This document shows positions 55,951 through 64,000 of a stretch of DNA of 64,000 nucleotides, piece by piece. The stretch is from Clostridia bacterium. Its GTDB lineage: Bacteria; Bacillota; Clostridia; Oscillospirales; SIG627. Where the stretch lies: the NCBI GenBank assembly GCA_017517325.1, contig JAFWZW010000013.1, forward strand, positions 23,497-87,496, in the 5' to 3' direction. Positions within the stretch are counted from its first letter, which is position 1; every line of letters begins with the position of its first letter. The notes below the pieces were generated by a model. The model was not told the origin of the DNA, did no database searches, and saw nothing but the letters and a program-made list of their open reading frames with translations. Both the position numbers and the translations under genes were made by a program.

Positions 55951-56876
55951 GTGGATTGGAAAAGAAGAATCTGCGTCTTCCCTCGTCCGACGGTGTCCAC
56001 ACCCTTGCGGGAACGCTCTATGAGCCCGTAGGGGAGGTGCAGGGCATCGTTCAGGTGATTCACGGTATGACCGATTACACGGATCGCTACGAGCACCTCC
56101 TTATAAGCTTGGCGGAAGCGGGCTACGTTGCCTTTGGCTTCGATCAGTTGGGGCACGGTCACACCGCAAAGGATCTTTCCGAGCTTGGGTTTATTGCGAA
56201 AAAGAATGGCTGGCGTTACCTTGTTTCGGACGTGGGCGTTACCTCACAACACCTGCGCTCATCCTACGGAGTAGAATTACCCTACGTGCTTTTAGGGCAC
56301 AGTATGGGGTCCTTTGTTGCCCGCTGTGCGGTGGCAGATAAGATCGTTTCACCACAAAAAATGATTTTGGTAGGAACGGCCGCCGCCGAGCCCGCCGCAC
56401 CGATGGGGATCGCCCTTTCCCGTGGGATCTCCGCTCTTTACGGCGCCGACCACGTGTCACATTTTATGCAGGCTATGGTCTTTGGGGATTACGACAAACG
56501 CTTCCCCGGTGATTATCCCAATCGCTGGATCACGGTGGATACGGAAAATCTCATTCGCTATAAGGATGATCCTTTCTGCACCTTCCGTTTTTCCGTTTCA
56601 GCCCTTTCTGATTTGATCACCCTTCATAGCCGCGCCAATTCACGCCGATTCTTCACTACCGTTCCCGCGGAGCTTTCCATACTGTTGCTATCCGGCTCCG
56701 ATGACCCCGTTGGAAACTACGGAAAAGGGATAAAATGGGTAGAAAAGCGCCTGCTCCGTAACGGAAAAAAAGCAACCTGCAAGCTGTATCAAGGCTTTCG
56801 TCACGAGATCCTGCAGGACTTTTGTCGGGAACAGGTAACGGCTGATATTTTGAATTTTATAACGAATGAAAAATGA
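55947..56876 (+). CDS. alpha/beta hydrolase (lysophospholipase/monoacylglycerol-lipase-like)
   Basis: GHSMGS nucleophile elbow, HG oxyanion motif (VIHGMTDY), late D and H (GFRHEIL). GTGA overlap with the CotH stop. The ORF track starts at 55920. Confidence 0.75.
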   Translation: MSGLEKKNLRLPSSDGVHTLAGTLYEPVGEVQGIVQVIHGMTDYTDRYEHLLISLAEAGYVAFGFDQLGHGHTAKDLSELGFIAKKNGWRYLVSDVGVTSQHLRSSYGVELPYVLLGHSMGSFVARCAVADKIVSPQKMILVGTAAAEPAAPMGIALSRGISALYGADHVSHFMQAMVFGDYDKRFPGDYPNRWITVDTENLIRYKDDPFCTFRFSVSALSDLITLHSRANSRRFFTTVPAELSILLLSGSDDPVGNYGKGIKWVEKRLLRNGKKATCKLYQGFRHEILQDFCREQVTADILNFITNEK

Positions 56877-56905
56877 CCTTCACAACAAAGTGAAGGTCAT
56901 TTTTT
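56874..56905. terminator. terminator between convergent genes
   Basis: TGACCTTCAC (56874-56883) / GTGAAGGTCA (56890-56899), followed by T6. Confidence 0.8.
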
Positions 56906-56914
56906 CTATATCTT

Positions 56915-57922
56915 TTAATGTTGCGGTAACTGTATTTCGGGCTTTAAGGTGTTATTGGCAACGGCTTCGTGAGCGGCGTTTTGCAGAAGCTTAATGCGCT
57001 CTTCCGAAATGGCTTCGATCTCGCCGGTCTGTTCGTTCTTATACTTGGGGCGGAAGCTGTTATCCAGGCAGCTCATACCGGTGAGAGATTCAAACCAAGT
57101 GCAGGCGTTCAGGTACTGACCGCCGGTGATCTTGCCGTCATGGTAGCCATCGCGGGAGAGATCGCCGCTTCCGTTGGCTCTGGCAATGGCAAAGGCATCA
57201 CCGCTGGGGATCAGGGCAACCCCGTTATCCTGTGCCATTTTGATGGATACTGCGCGGATGTTTTCGTGACATAGGGTCTGGCAGGCCAAATCGGGAACGG
57301 ACTGATCGTCGCGCTTCCAGCCAACCTCGTAAGCCCATGTCTGGTGCCAAACCAGCTTGGACTTGGGGTAATTTTCCTTGATATAATCGTAAAGATCCTT
57401 TACGAAGGGCTCACAGCTCTTAAGAGCTTTATCATAGTCAACGGCAATGTTGGGGCCAAAGTGCTGCTGAAGGGAGATCACGTCCCAATTTTTCTTCTTC
57501 AGGCAGTATTCAAGATTTACGGGATCGTCATCGGAAATGCCGCCGTCTTGCTCGTGGTGGCGGAGGCGGTAGTGCTTCTGACCGGATTTCAGCCAGTTCC
57601 AATGGGCGCTGACGGGACAACCGGAATAATACACGGTGAAAATGTTGACCTTAATGCCGGCGGCCGTGAAAAGACCGTTCAATTCGTCGGGCCAACCGGT
57701 GGAAAAGCTGTTGCCGATCACCAGAACGTTCAGGTAACGGTCAGCGGTAGGATCGGGCTGTTCCTTCTTGATTTCTACGGGAGCAGGTTTGGTTTCTTTT
57801 GTAGCTGCTTCCTCCGTTTTAGTTGCTTCTGGCTCCGTAGAAGCAAGGCTGGGCCCCCCGCAAGAGGTAAGCAGGGTAGCAAGTAAGAGAAAAAGAGCAA
57901 ATAATCTGAATTGTGTTTTCAT
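56915..57922 (-). CDS. DUF4886 (SGNH-hydrolase-like) lipoprotein, copy 1
   Basis: Lipobox LLTSCGG. VLVIGNSFS..YYSGC....HW..WDVISLQQHF..WHQTWAYE pattern. AAGGAG RBS before ATG 57922. Confidence 0.7.
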   Translation of the reverse strand: MKTQFRLFALFLLLATLLTSCGGPSLASTEPEATKTEEAATKETKPAPVEIKKEQPDPTADRYLNVLVIGNSFSTGWPDELNGLFTAAGIKVNIFTVYYSGCPVSAHWNWLKSGQKHYRLRHHEQDGGISDDDPVNLEYCLKKKNWDVISLQQHFGPNIAVDYDKALKSCEPFVKDLYDYIKENYPKSKLVWHQTWAYEVGWKRDDQSVPDLACQTLCHENIRAVSIKMAQDNGVALIPSGDAFAIARANGSGDLSRDGYHDGKITGGQYLNACTWFESLTGMSCLDNSFRPKYKNEQTGEIEAISEERIKLLQNAAHEAVANNTLKPEIQLPQH

Positions 57923-57935
57923 AAGAGACTCCTTT

Positions 57936-58907
57936 TTATTTGATCGTATTTTCTTCCACCGCACGGTGAGCGGCATCCTGAAGTGCCGCGATCTTGTATT
58001 CATCCAGCGTGTACGGCGGCTTCCAGGTATTGCCGAGGCAGCTTTGCCCCGTCAGACACTCAAACCAAGTGCATGCGTTGAGATATTGCCCGCCCCCTTC
58101 AGGGCCGTCGTGGTAGTTGTCACGGGTAAGATTTACGATCTCTGCGCTCTGCCGTGCGTATTGCCAGGCATCACCGCATGGCACAAGAGAAACGCCGTTT
58201 TCTTTGGCGACCTTTTGGGAAACGTCACGAATGTTCTCATAGCATTTGGTCTGATAAGCTACATCGGGAATTGATTCCTCGTCACGCTCCCAGCCAACCT
58301 CGTAAGCCCAGGTCTGGTGCCAGTAGATTCTGGATTTGGGGAAGTTCCATTTTAAATAATCCAAAAGATCCTTGGCGTAGGGGGTGCAAGAATCCAAAGA
58401 AGCCTTGTAGTCGATGGCGGTGGTGGGGCCGAAGTGCTGTTGAAGGGAGATCACGTCCCAGTTATCCGTAGCAAGGCATTCCACCAGGCTTTTTCCTTCC
58501 ACGGCTTTGCGGTTACCCAAATCGTTCAGGTGGTGGTTCAGGCGGTAGTTGTGCGCGTCCTCCTGCAGCCAATCCCAGTGCTGATCCAGCCTGCAACCGG
58601 AATAGTAAACGGAGTAAATGTTCAGCTTCAACCCGGCCGCCATAAACAGCCCCTTCAGCTCGTCGGGCCAGCCGGTGGAAAAACTGTTTCCGATAATGAG
58701 AACGTCAAGCTCACCGTCGGCGGCGGGGTCCTCCTGCTCAACGGTGCTTTGGATCACTTCTTCCGTTTTGATTTCTTCTACCGTTTCGCTTTTCGGTTCA
58801 GCCTTTTCTTCGGTATTCTTTGTCGTTTCCCCTCCGCAAGCGGAAAGAAGGAGGGAAAGTAGCAACAACCATATCATAAGGTTTCGGGTAAGAAGTCGTT
58901 TTTTCAT
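57936..58907 (-). CDS. DUF4886 (SGNH-hydrolase-like) lipoprotein, copy 2
   Basis: Lipobox LLSACGG. Same motif set as copy 1 and clearly alignable throughout. Stop lies 13 nt before the copy 1 start. Confidence 0.7.
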   Translation of the reverse strand: MKKRLLTRNLMIWLLLLSLLLSACGGETTKNTEEKAEPKSETVEEIKTEEVIQSTVEQEDPAADGELDVLIIGNSFSTGWPDELKGLFMAAGLKLNIYSVYYSGCRLDQHWDWLQEDAHNYRLNHHLNDLGNRKAVEGKSLVECLATDNWDVISLQQHFGPTTAIDYKASLDSCTPYAKDLLDYLKWNFPKSRIYWHQTWAYEVGWERDEESIPDVAYQTKCYENIRDVSQKVAKENGVSLVPCGDAWQYARQSAEIVNLTRDNYHDGPEGGGQYLNACTWFECLTGQSCLGNTWKPPYTLDEYKIAALQDAAHRAVEENTIK

Positions 58908-58944
58908 CATAACCTCACAAAATATAAAGCATAATACCACCTCT

Positions 58945-58973
58945 ATTGTATACAAATTACAGAAAAAAGTCAA
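58945..58973 (-). promoter_or_regulatory. sigma-A-type promoter of the DUF4886 pair
   Basis: On the minus strand: TTGACT (58973-58968), 17-nt spacer, TACAAT (58950-58945). Confidence 0.55.
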
Positions 58974-58998
58974 TTCAAAACAGCATTTTCCCAATCCG

Positions 58999-59042
58999 AA
59001 AGCAAAAAGAAAGCCAACCGAGGTTGACTTTCTTTTTGCTTT
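58999..59042 (-). terminator. long hairpin terminator after the giant gene
   Basis: AAAGCAAAAAGAAAGCCAACC / GGTTGACTTTCTTTTTGCTTT, a 21-bp stem with one mismatch. Confidence 0.75.
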
Positions 59043-59047
59043 AAATC

Positions 59048-62000
59048 TTAGTACGTCAGATTTTCCAGAAGAACGATCTTCTCACCGGTAGAGAGCTGAA
59101 CCGAAATGGTCACTTTGTTTTTGCCGGTCTGAAGGTCAACGGAAGCATCGAAGATGCCGGGGTGATTCATCATACTAACTGCATTGTTGGATGCGCGAGA
59201 GGTTTTTTCAAAGAGTACGGTTCCGTTTTCATTGGTAAAGGTTGCGGTTACGTCGGAAATGAAATAGTTGCTGTACACGATGAAATTCTGCAATTGGTTG
59301 TAAGTTATTTTGCTGATGTTTTCCGCTACGGGGGTGATCGTAGGTTCGGTTGCCACAATTTTTGTTTGATTTCCGTATCCATTCAGCACATAGTTCGGGG
59401 TTCCCGTGGTACTGGGAGATACGCTGAATCCTATTTTTACAAAAGATTTTTCCGTGGCACCGATCAGCTTTCCGTTCTCATCAAGATTTACAAGATCGCC
59501 CTTGGAGATCAGGCTCTGGTTCTTTTCAACCACTCCTGTTTCGGGGTTGTAAACCGATACGTTACGAAGATCTAACGTAGACTTGGTATAGCGTGTCGTC
59601 ATAACGTTGTTAAGAGCGTTGTTCAAAATGTAGGTGTTATAGAATTCGATGTGGGTTCTATCCAGATCGGTTTGCGTTGCAGGGTCGAAATTCTGGAATT
59701 CAATGAAGGTGAAGGGCATATAGCCGGTATCTTTCAAAAACGTGAAGGTGTTCTTTGCGGTAGAATAACTACCGGCTTTTTCACCATAAAAATTCTCAAA
59801 ATAATCGTAGTAGGCTCTGCCCTGGCGGGTGTAGGGAGTATCATTGCCATTGCCCCACGTACTCCTATGATCGGTAATGGATTCGTGATTTCTGTCTTTG
59901 TCAGCTTGATCGTAAGAATGATCGGTAGAGGAAAGTGCCCAACCCTCGATCTCTTCGATCACGGCGATGTAGCTGTTATCGGGGTCGATGATTGTGATGG
60001 GAGTCCTGCTACTCTGGCTTTCATAAACCGTCTTTGTTGCGATATGTACGTCCCGAACCATCATAACGTGACCTTTTTTGGAGATGCAATCACCGGGCTT
60101 AACCAGCCTGTAGTAGTCGTAGATGTTGTAATGGGTCACTTTCGAGCGTAAATAACGTGTGCTACCCTCGTAGTACGTTTTGGAACCCAATTCTGTTTTT
60201 GTTATGTATGGGCATTGGTATTTAGTCGTGAAATAATCCGTGGTCATATCATAAGACTCATAGTCGCCCTCTGCAAAATACTCAAAGCCGCCTACGGGAA
60301 TCATACCGCGTGCAACGCAGAAGGATGCGGAGCCCTGAGCGGCACCGGTGTTGCATACACGCATCCAGGCCCAGTTTGCACCGTTGGAGCACTGATTGTA
60401 GAAATAGGCGGAGCCGGGGTTAAAGGTGCCGTCGGCAGAGTAGCCGCCGTTATCCTGCATCATTTGGCTTAAGTAGAAGATACCGGTGGTTTCGTCGTAG
60501 TATTCCATCCAGCGGTAAAGGTTACCGTTACCGTGGGACTGATAAGGAATACCGCCGTAAAGGGCACCCTTGTCGATGAGCTTGTTTACGCCGTCTTTTT
60601 CTGCTACTGTGCCATCCTCATCGTCTGATTCGCCCTTCAGGTTGGTGGTTTTGTATTTCAACTGGCTCTTATCCGGTGTCCAGGTGAAGGAGAGCTGAAG
60701 CTCAAAGTAGTTGACCACCTGTTCGCGAAGTGCATCGGTAAAGGCTTTGTCCTGGCCGTTCTCTGCATAGTTGATTGTGACCTCATTCTCTTCCATTACT
60801 GACAGAGTTAGGGTCTGTTCTTCGTTAAGCAGGTCGTTTACCTTGATGATACTATTCAGTCCGTTCGGTCCGTCTGCCGTCAGCTTCTTTTCCTCTTCAA
60901 CCCATTCGGTTCTTTGCTCGGTGGGAACCTCGGGGTAATCTCCAGGATTGGCAACGGTTGTGAATTTTTTGCCGTTTTCCGTGCCGGTTACGGTAGAATA
61001 GTGAACGGTGCCGGTATCCGGGGTTTCGATGTAACCGGTCGCTTCTTTTTTTGTGAACTCGGTTCCGTCGGCCGTTTTCCCGCTTTCGAATATTTTAATG
61101 TTTTCTACAGTTGCCATTCCGTCCAGAGCAACGCTTTCCTGCAGATCTTCGGAAACGCTTGCGTTGCCGTAAACCTTTATACCGACGTCGGCCATGGGTG
61201 CACGGAGTTCATAGCCGCATTCGCCGCAGGTAAGAACGAAAGTGCGTTCCACGCGAGGATATTCTAAGTAAACCTTGCCGGAAGTCAACCCGTTGGGTGC
61301 CTTTTCAGAATCTACCACGAAAGGCTGATATTTTGAAATTTTAGCGTTGGCTATCGTACCCGGAACAGCCGCCGTTTCGCCGCTTTGGCAAACGTGACCG
61401 GACCATGATACCGCGCCGCCATCTGGTTTGCCGCCGAGGTATACCTCTTCGTTGTTAGAATACTCATCCAGTTTCAGGTATGCGTTTTCCCCGATCAGAA
61501 TGTTGGCACGAGTGGAACTAACGGAAGTGTTGGTAAGCTTGACACATTCGGCTTCGCCGTGAAGGGATTTTACTTCCCCGTTGAAGCGAAGCGTATTCTC
61601 CGCTTGATTGTGTATGGCAATTTCCATGTAAGCGCAGTCCGTAGCGGAGCCGTAATTGTTTACAGCGTTACCGGGGTAAACGTTGCCAAAGAAGTTGCCG
61701 CGGGAAAGGGTGCTGGTCACTTTGTTGATCGTCGCAGTTTGGTTTTGGCTGCCGCCGTAAACGGTACCGTTGAAGGTAGCAGCTGTTTTAATGGTATTCG
61801 TAGAATCACCGAAGGTGTTCGTAATGCTTCCCGTGATCTTTGCAGCATCGGAACCGCCGTAAACCTCTTTATTGAAGGTACCGGCGTAGAAGGTGTTATC
61901 CACCTTGCCACTGATGACGGATTCGGCATTCTGACTGCCGCAGTAAACTGCGTCATCAAAGGTGCCGCCCTTGAAGACGTTTTTGACGGTGTAGCTTGCA

Positions 62001-64000
62001 CTCACGTCGGCTTTATAGGATGCGCCGAAGAACATGCCTTTGAAATCGCCGCCGTTTACGTTGTTGGTAACGTTACGAACAGAGGAGTTCTTGCTGCCGC
62101 CGTGAACGGCGCAGTTGAAGGTGCCGCCAAAAAAGTTGTTGGTAACGTTGCCGGTTTTTCCTATGCCGCCACCGTGGATGCCTCTTGCTGCGTTTGTATT
62201 GTTAAAGGTACCGCCTTTAAAGGTGTTGACGATGGCTTCGTAGTTGTTAACCGTTGGCGAGGCGTTGCCGCCGGCAAATTCGCCGTTGAAAACACCGCCC
62301 TGAATCAGGTTTGTAATACCGGTGGTGTTGCCATAGTAGGAACCGCAACGAATCGATTCATAGGTGCCGCCGTTGAAGGTGTTTTGAATTGAGCCGTTGG
62401 TAGCATTGTAGGAAGCACCGAAGAAGGTGCCGCTAAACGTGCCGTTCTCTACGGTGTTGGTTACGTCTTTATTGGTGCCTTCGTTGTTACCACCGTAAAC
62501 GTTGAACGCAAAGGTGCCTCCGTCAAAGGTGTTTTGGATCGTACCGGAAACGGTTCCGGCAGCAGAGCCTCCGAAAACTGATGCCATCGATTCTTCGCCG
62601 AAGTTACCGTTAAAGTTGCCGCCTGTGAAGCTGTTGGTGACGGTGGTGTTAACGTTTCCGGTTCCTGCACCGCCGTAAACCTCAGCGTTAAAGGTGCCAC
62701 CTTCAAATTTGTTTTGAATGGTGCTGATGTTGTTTGCAGCGTTGGAAGCACCGTGGAACGCGCCGTTAAAGGTGCTGCTCTTTACGGTGTTAATGATCTT
62801 TTGGTTAGAGCCTTCGTTGTTACCGCCGTAAACGGCGCCGTTGAAGGTGCTGCCGTTGAAGGTGTTTTGAATCGTACCGGAAACGGTTCCGGCAGCAGAT
62901 CCGCCGTAAACCGTAGAGCTTGCTTCAAAGATACCGCCTTCAAAATTGTTTTGAATGACACCGGTGTTACCGGCGGCATTGGAAGCACCGTGGAACGCAC
63001 CGTTAAAGGTGCCGCTCTTTACGGTGTTGGTAACGGCCGCGTTGGAGCCTGCGTTGTTACCGCCGTGGAACGCACCGTTAAAGGTTGCACCTTCTACGGT
63101 GTTTTCGATCTTGCCGCTAACGGTTTTTGCGGCTGAGCCGCCGTAAACCGCAGAGGTTTCCTCAAAGGTACCGCCCTTGAAGGTGTTCGTGATGTTGGCG
63201 GCAATGTTTACGTTGGCAGAACCACCGTAAACCTCAGCGGTAAAGGTGCCGCCTTCAAAGCTGTTCCGAATGGAACTGCTGACGGTTGCGGCGTTGGTAG
63301 CACCGTGGAATGCACCGTTAAAGGTACCGTTCTTTACGGTGTTGATAATGGCTGCGTTGGAGCCTTTGTAGGATCCGCCGTAGAATGCGCCGACGAAGGT
63401 GCCGCCTTCCACGGTGTTTTGAACGGTACCGCTGATGGGTGCCGTATTGGCGCCGCCGTAGAATGCACCGTTAAAGGTGCCGCTCTTTACGGTGTTGGTA
63501 ACGTTTTGGTTGCTGCCGCTTCCATCACCGTTGGCGTTTGTGTTGCTGTTACCACCGTAAACGGAGGCGTTGAAGATACCGCCGTTGAAGGTATTTTCAA
63601 TGGTTGAAACGGCAATGGAGCTTCCCCCGTGCCATTCGGTATTACTGCTGAATTCACCGCCCGTTACGTGATTGGTAATGCTTCCGTTCACGGTACCGTT
63701 TACACTGGCACCTAACCAGAAATCACCGCTGAAGGTACCGCCTTCTACGGTGTTTTCAATGTCTTGAACGGACGTTGATAAAACGTCGATCTTGCCGCGG
63801 TTACCGCCGGCGAATGAATTATGAAATCTGCCGTCTTTAATGGTGTTGGTGATGTTACCGCTGATCATAGTGCCGAAGCCGCCACCGTTAAAGGTGTAGA
63901 AGGTACCACCGGAAACGGTATTTACGATGTTGCCGGTAAGGGCACTGAAGCGGTTGCCGGCATACCAGTAATTGTGGAAGGTACCACCGGAAATTTCGTT
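59048..64000 (-). CDS. giant (>1650 aa) repeat protein, 5' end outside window: ~21-aa coil array, then mixed domains including a possible papain-fold Cys/His module
   Basis: The ORF track starts at M 63868, but the frame stays open to 64000 with the same repeats (NEISGGTFHNYWYAGN..NTVSGGTFYTFNGGGFGT). More than 35 units of [IV].N[TN][FV].GG[TI]F....[VFY][YFH]GG[SNA]. Confidence 0.85.
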   Translation of the reverse strand, partial: NEISGGTFHNYWYAGNRFSALTGNIVNTVSGGTFYTFNGGGFGTMISGNITNTIKDGRFHNSFAGGNRGKIDVLSTSVQDIENTVEGGTFSGDFWLGASVNGTVNGSITNHVTGGEFSSNTEWHGGSSIAVSTIENTFNGGIFNASVYGGNSNTNANGDGSGSNQNVTNTVKSGTFNGAFYGGANTAPISGTVQNTVEGGTFVGAFYGGSYKGSNAAIINTVKNGTFNGAFHGATNAATVSSSIRNSFEGGTFTAEVYGGSANVNIAANITNTFKGGTFEETSAVYGGSAAKTVSGKIENTVEGATFNGAFHGGNNAGSNAAVTNTVKSGTFNGAFHGASNAAGNTGVIQNNFEGGIFEASSTVYGGSAAGTVSGTIQNTFNGSTFNGAVYGGNNEGSNQKIINTVKSSTFNGAFHGASNAANNISTIQNKFEGGTFNAEVYGGAGTGNVNTTVTNSFTGGNFNGNFGEESMASVFGGSAAGTVSGTIQNTFDGGTFAFNVYGGNNEGTNKDVTNTVENGTFSGTFFGASYNATNGSIQNTFNGGTYESIRCGSYYGNTTGITNLIQGGVFNGEFAGGNASPTVNNYEAIVNTFKGGTFNNTNAARGIHGGGIGKTGNVTNNFFGGTFNCAVHGGSKNSSVRNVTNNVNGGDFKGMFFGASYKADVSASYTVKNVFKGGTFDDAVYCGSQNAESVISGKVDNTFYAGTFNKEVYGGSDAAKITGSITNTFGDSTNTIKTAATFNGTVYGGSQNQTATINKVTSTLSRGNFFGNVYPGNAVNNYGSATDCAYMEIAIHNQAENTLRFNGEVKSLHGEAECVKLTNTSVSSTRANILIGENAYLKLDEYSNNEEVYLGGKPDGGAVSWSGHVCQSGETAAVPGTIANAKISKYQPFVVDSEKAPNGLTSGKVYLEYPRVERTFVLTCGECGYELRAPMADVGIKVYGNASVSEDLQESVALDGMATVENIKIFESGKTADGTEFTKKEATGYIETPDTGTVHYSTVTGTENGKKFTTVANPGDYPEVPTEQRTEWVEEEKKLTADGPNGLNSIIKVNDLLNEEQTLTLSVMEENEVTINYAENGQDKAFTDALREQVVNYFELQLSFTWTPDKSQLKYKTTNLKGESDDEDGTVAEKDGVNKLIDKGALYGGIPYQSHGNGNLYRWMEYYDETTGIFYLSQMMQDNGGYSADGTFNPGSAYFYNQCSNGANWAWMRVCNTGAAQGSASFCVARGMIPVGGFEYFAEGDYESYDMTTDYFTTKYQCPYITKTELGSKTYYEGSTRYLRSKVTHYNIYDYYRLVKPGDCISKKGHVMMVRDVHIATKTVYESQSSRTPITIIDPDNSYIAVIEEIEGWALSSTDHSYDQADKDRNHESITDHRSTWGNGNDTPYTRQGRAYYDYFENFYGEKAGSYSTAKNTFTFLKDTGYMPFTFIEFQNFDPATQTDLDRTHIEFYNTYILNNALNNVMTTRYTKSTLDLRNVSVYNPETGVVEKNQSLISKGDLVNLDENGKLIGATEKSFVKIGFSVSPSTTGTPNYVLNGYGNQTKIVATEPTITPVAENISKITYNQLQNFIVYSNYFISDVTATFTNENGTVLFEKTSRASNNAVSMMNHPGIFDASVDLQTGKNKVTISVQLSTGEKIVLLENLTY
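61670..64000 (-). repeat. protein-level ~21-aa coil repeat array with a higher-order (~63-85 aa) periodicity
   Basis: For example, NTVKSGTFNGAF occurs twice exactly, with near-copies NTVKNGTFNGAF and NTVKSSTFNGAF. IQNTF.G.TF..VYGGNNEG also recurs. Confidence 0.85.

Noticed and set aside
61559-63607. Series of plus-strand ORFs (277, 140, 63 and 100 aa) with VEGAA/VKGAALYGV repeats
   Set aside because: They are mirror images of the minus-strand coil repeats. The minus-strand frame is continuous for more than 4.9 kb and ends at a terminator.

Overview
The window reads as a 64-kb chromosomal segment from a moderately GC-rich, AGGAGG-RBS-using, spore-forming Firmicute, probably Clostridia-like (inferred from cotJABC, CotH, PrsA, ComEC and HU). 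I support about 53 protein-coding genes, two of them partial at the window edges and two below the 60-aa ORF-track cutoff, plus many consensus sigma-A promoters and hairpin terminators. I recognised no rRNA, tRNA, CRISPR array, transposase or integrase. Most genes are ordinary: an AraC-controlled oxidoreductase/aldolase operon, an ECF sigma triad, ung, GH2, a flavodiiron operon, nadE, an EF-G paralog, pepD, OPT, CPA and SulP transporters, pfkB, cotJ, hup, prsA, M23, capA and comEC. Four places stand out. (1) An AT-richer, promoter- and terminator-insulated two-gene module at 16.2-19.6 kb. It encodes a 987-aa multi-TM / double-Rossmann (TrkA-N-like) / RyR-like protein carrying a perfect 6 x 15-bp in-frame repeat. 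This protein overlaps a stand-alone 93-aa RyR-domain protein. This is my best candidate for an undescribed system. (2) A 14-kb cluster at 49.7-64 kb. Two paralogous giant ~21-residue-coil (beta-helix-like) proteins flank a membrane-anchored CotH kinase, an alpha/beta hydrolase and tandem DUF4886 lipoproteins. (3) An AT-rich 5-kb islet at 35.6-40.6 kb holding a P-loop kinase + DUF5131 pair and atypical XRE regulators, with no mobility genes. (4) A CotJA homolog with a roughly 120-aa Cys-rich tandem-repeat N-terminal extension. All family assignments come from motif recognition by eye; no database search was run.
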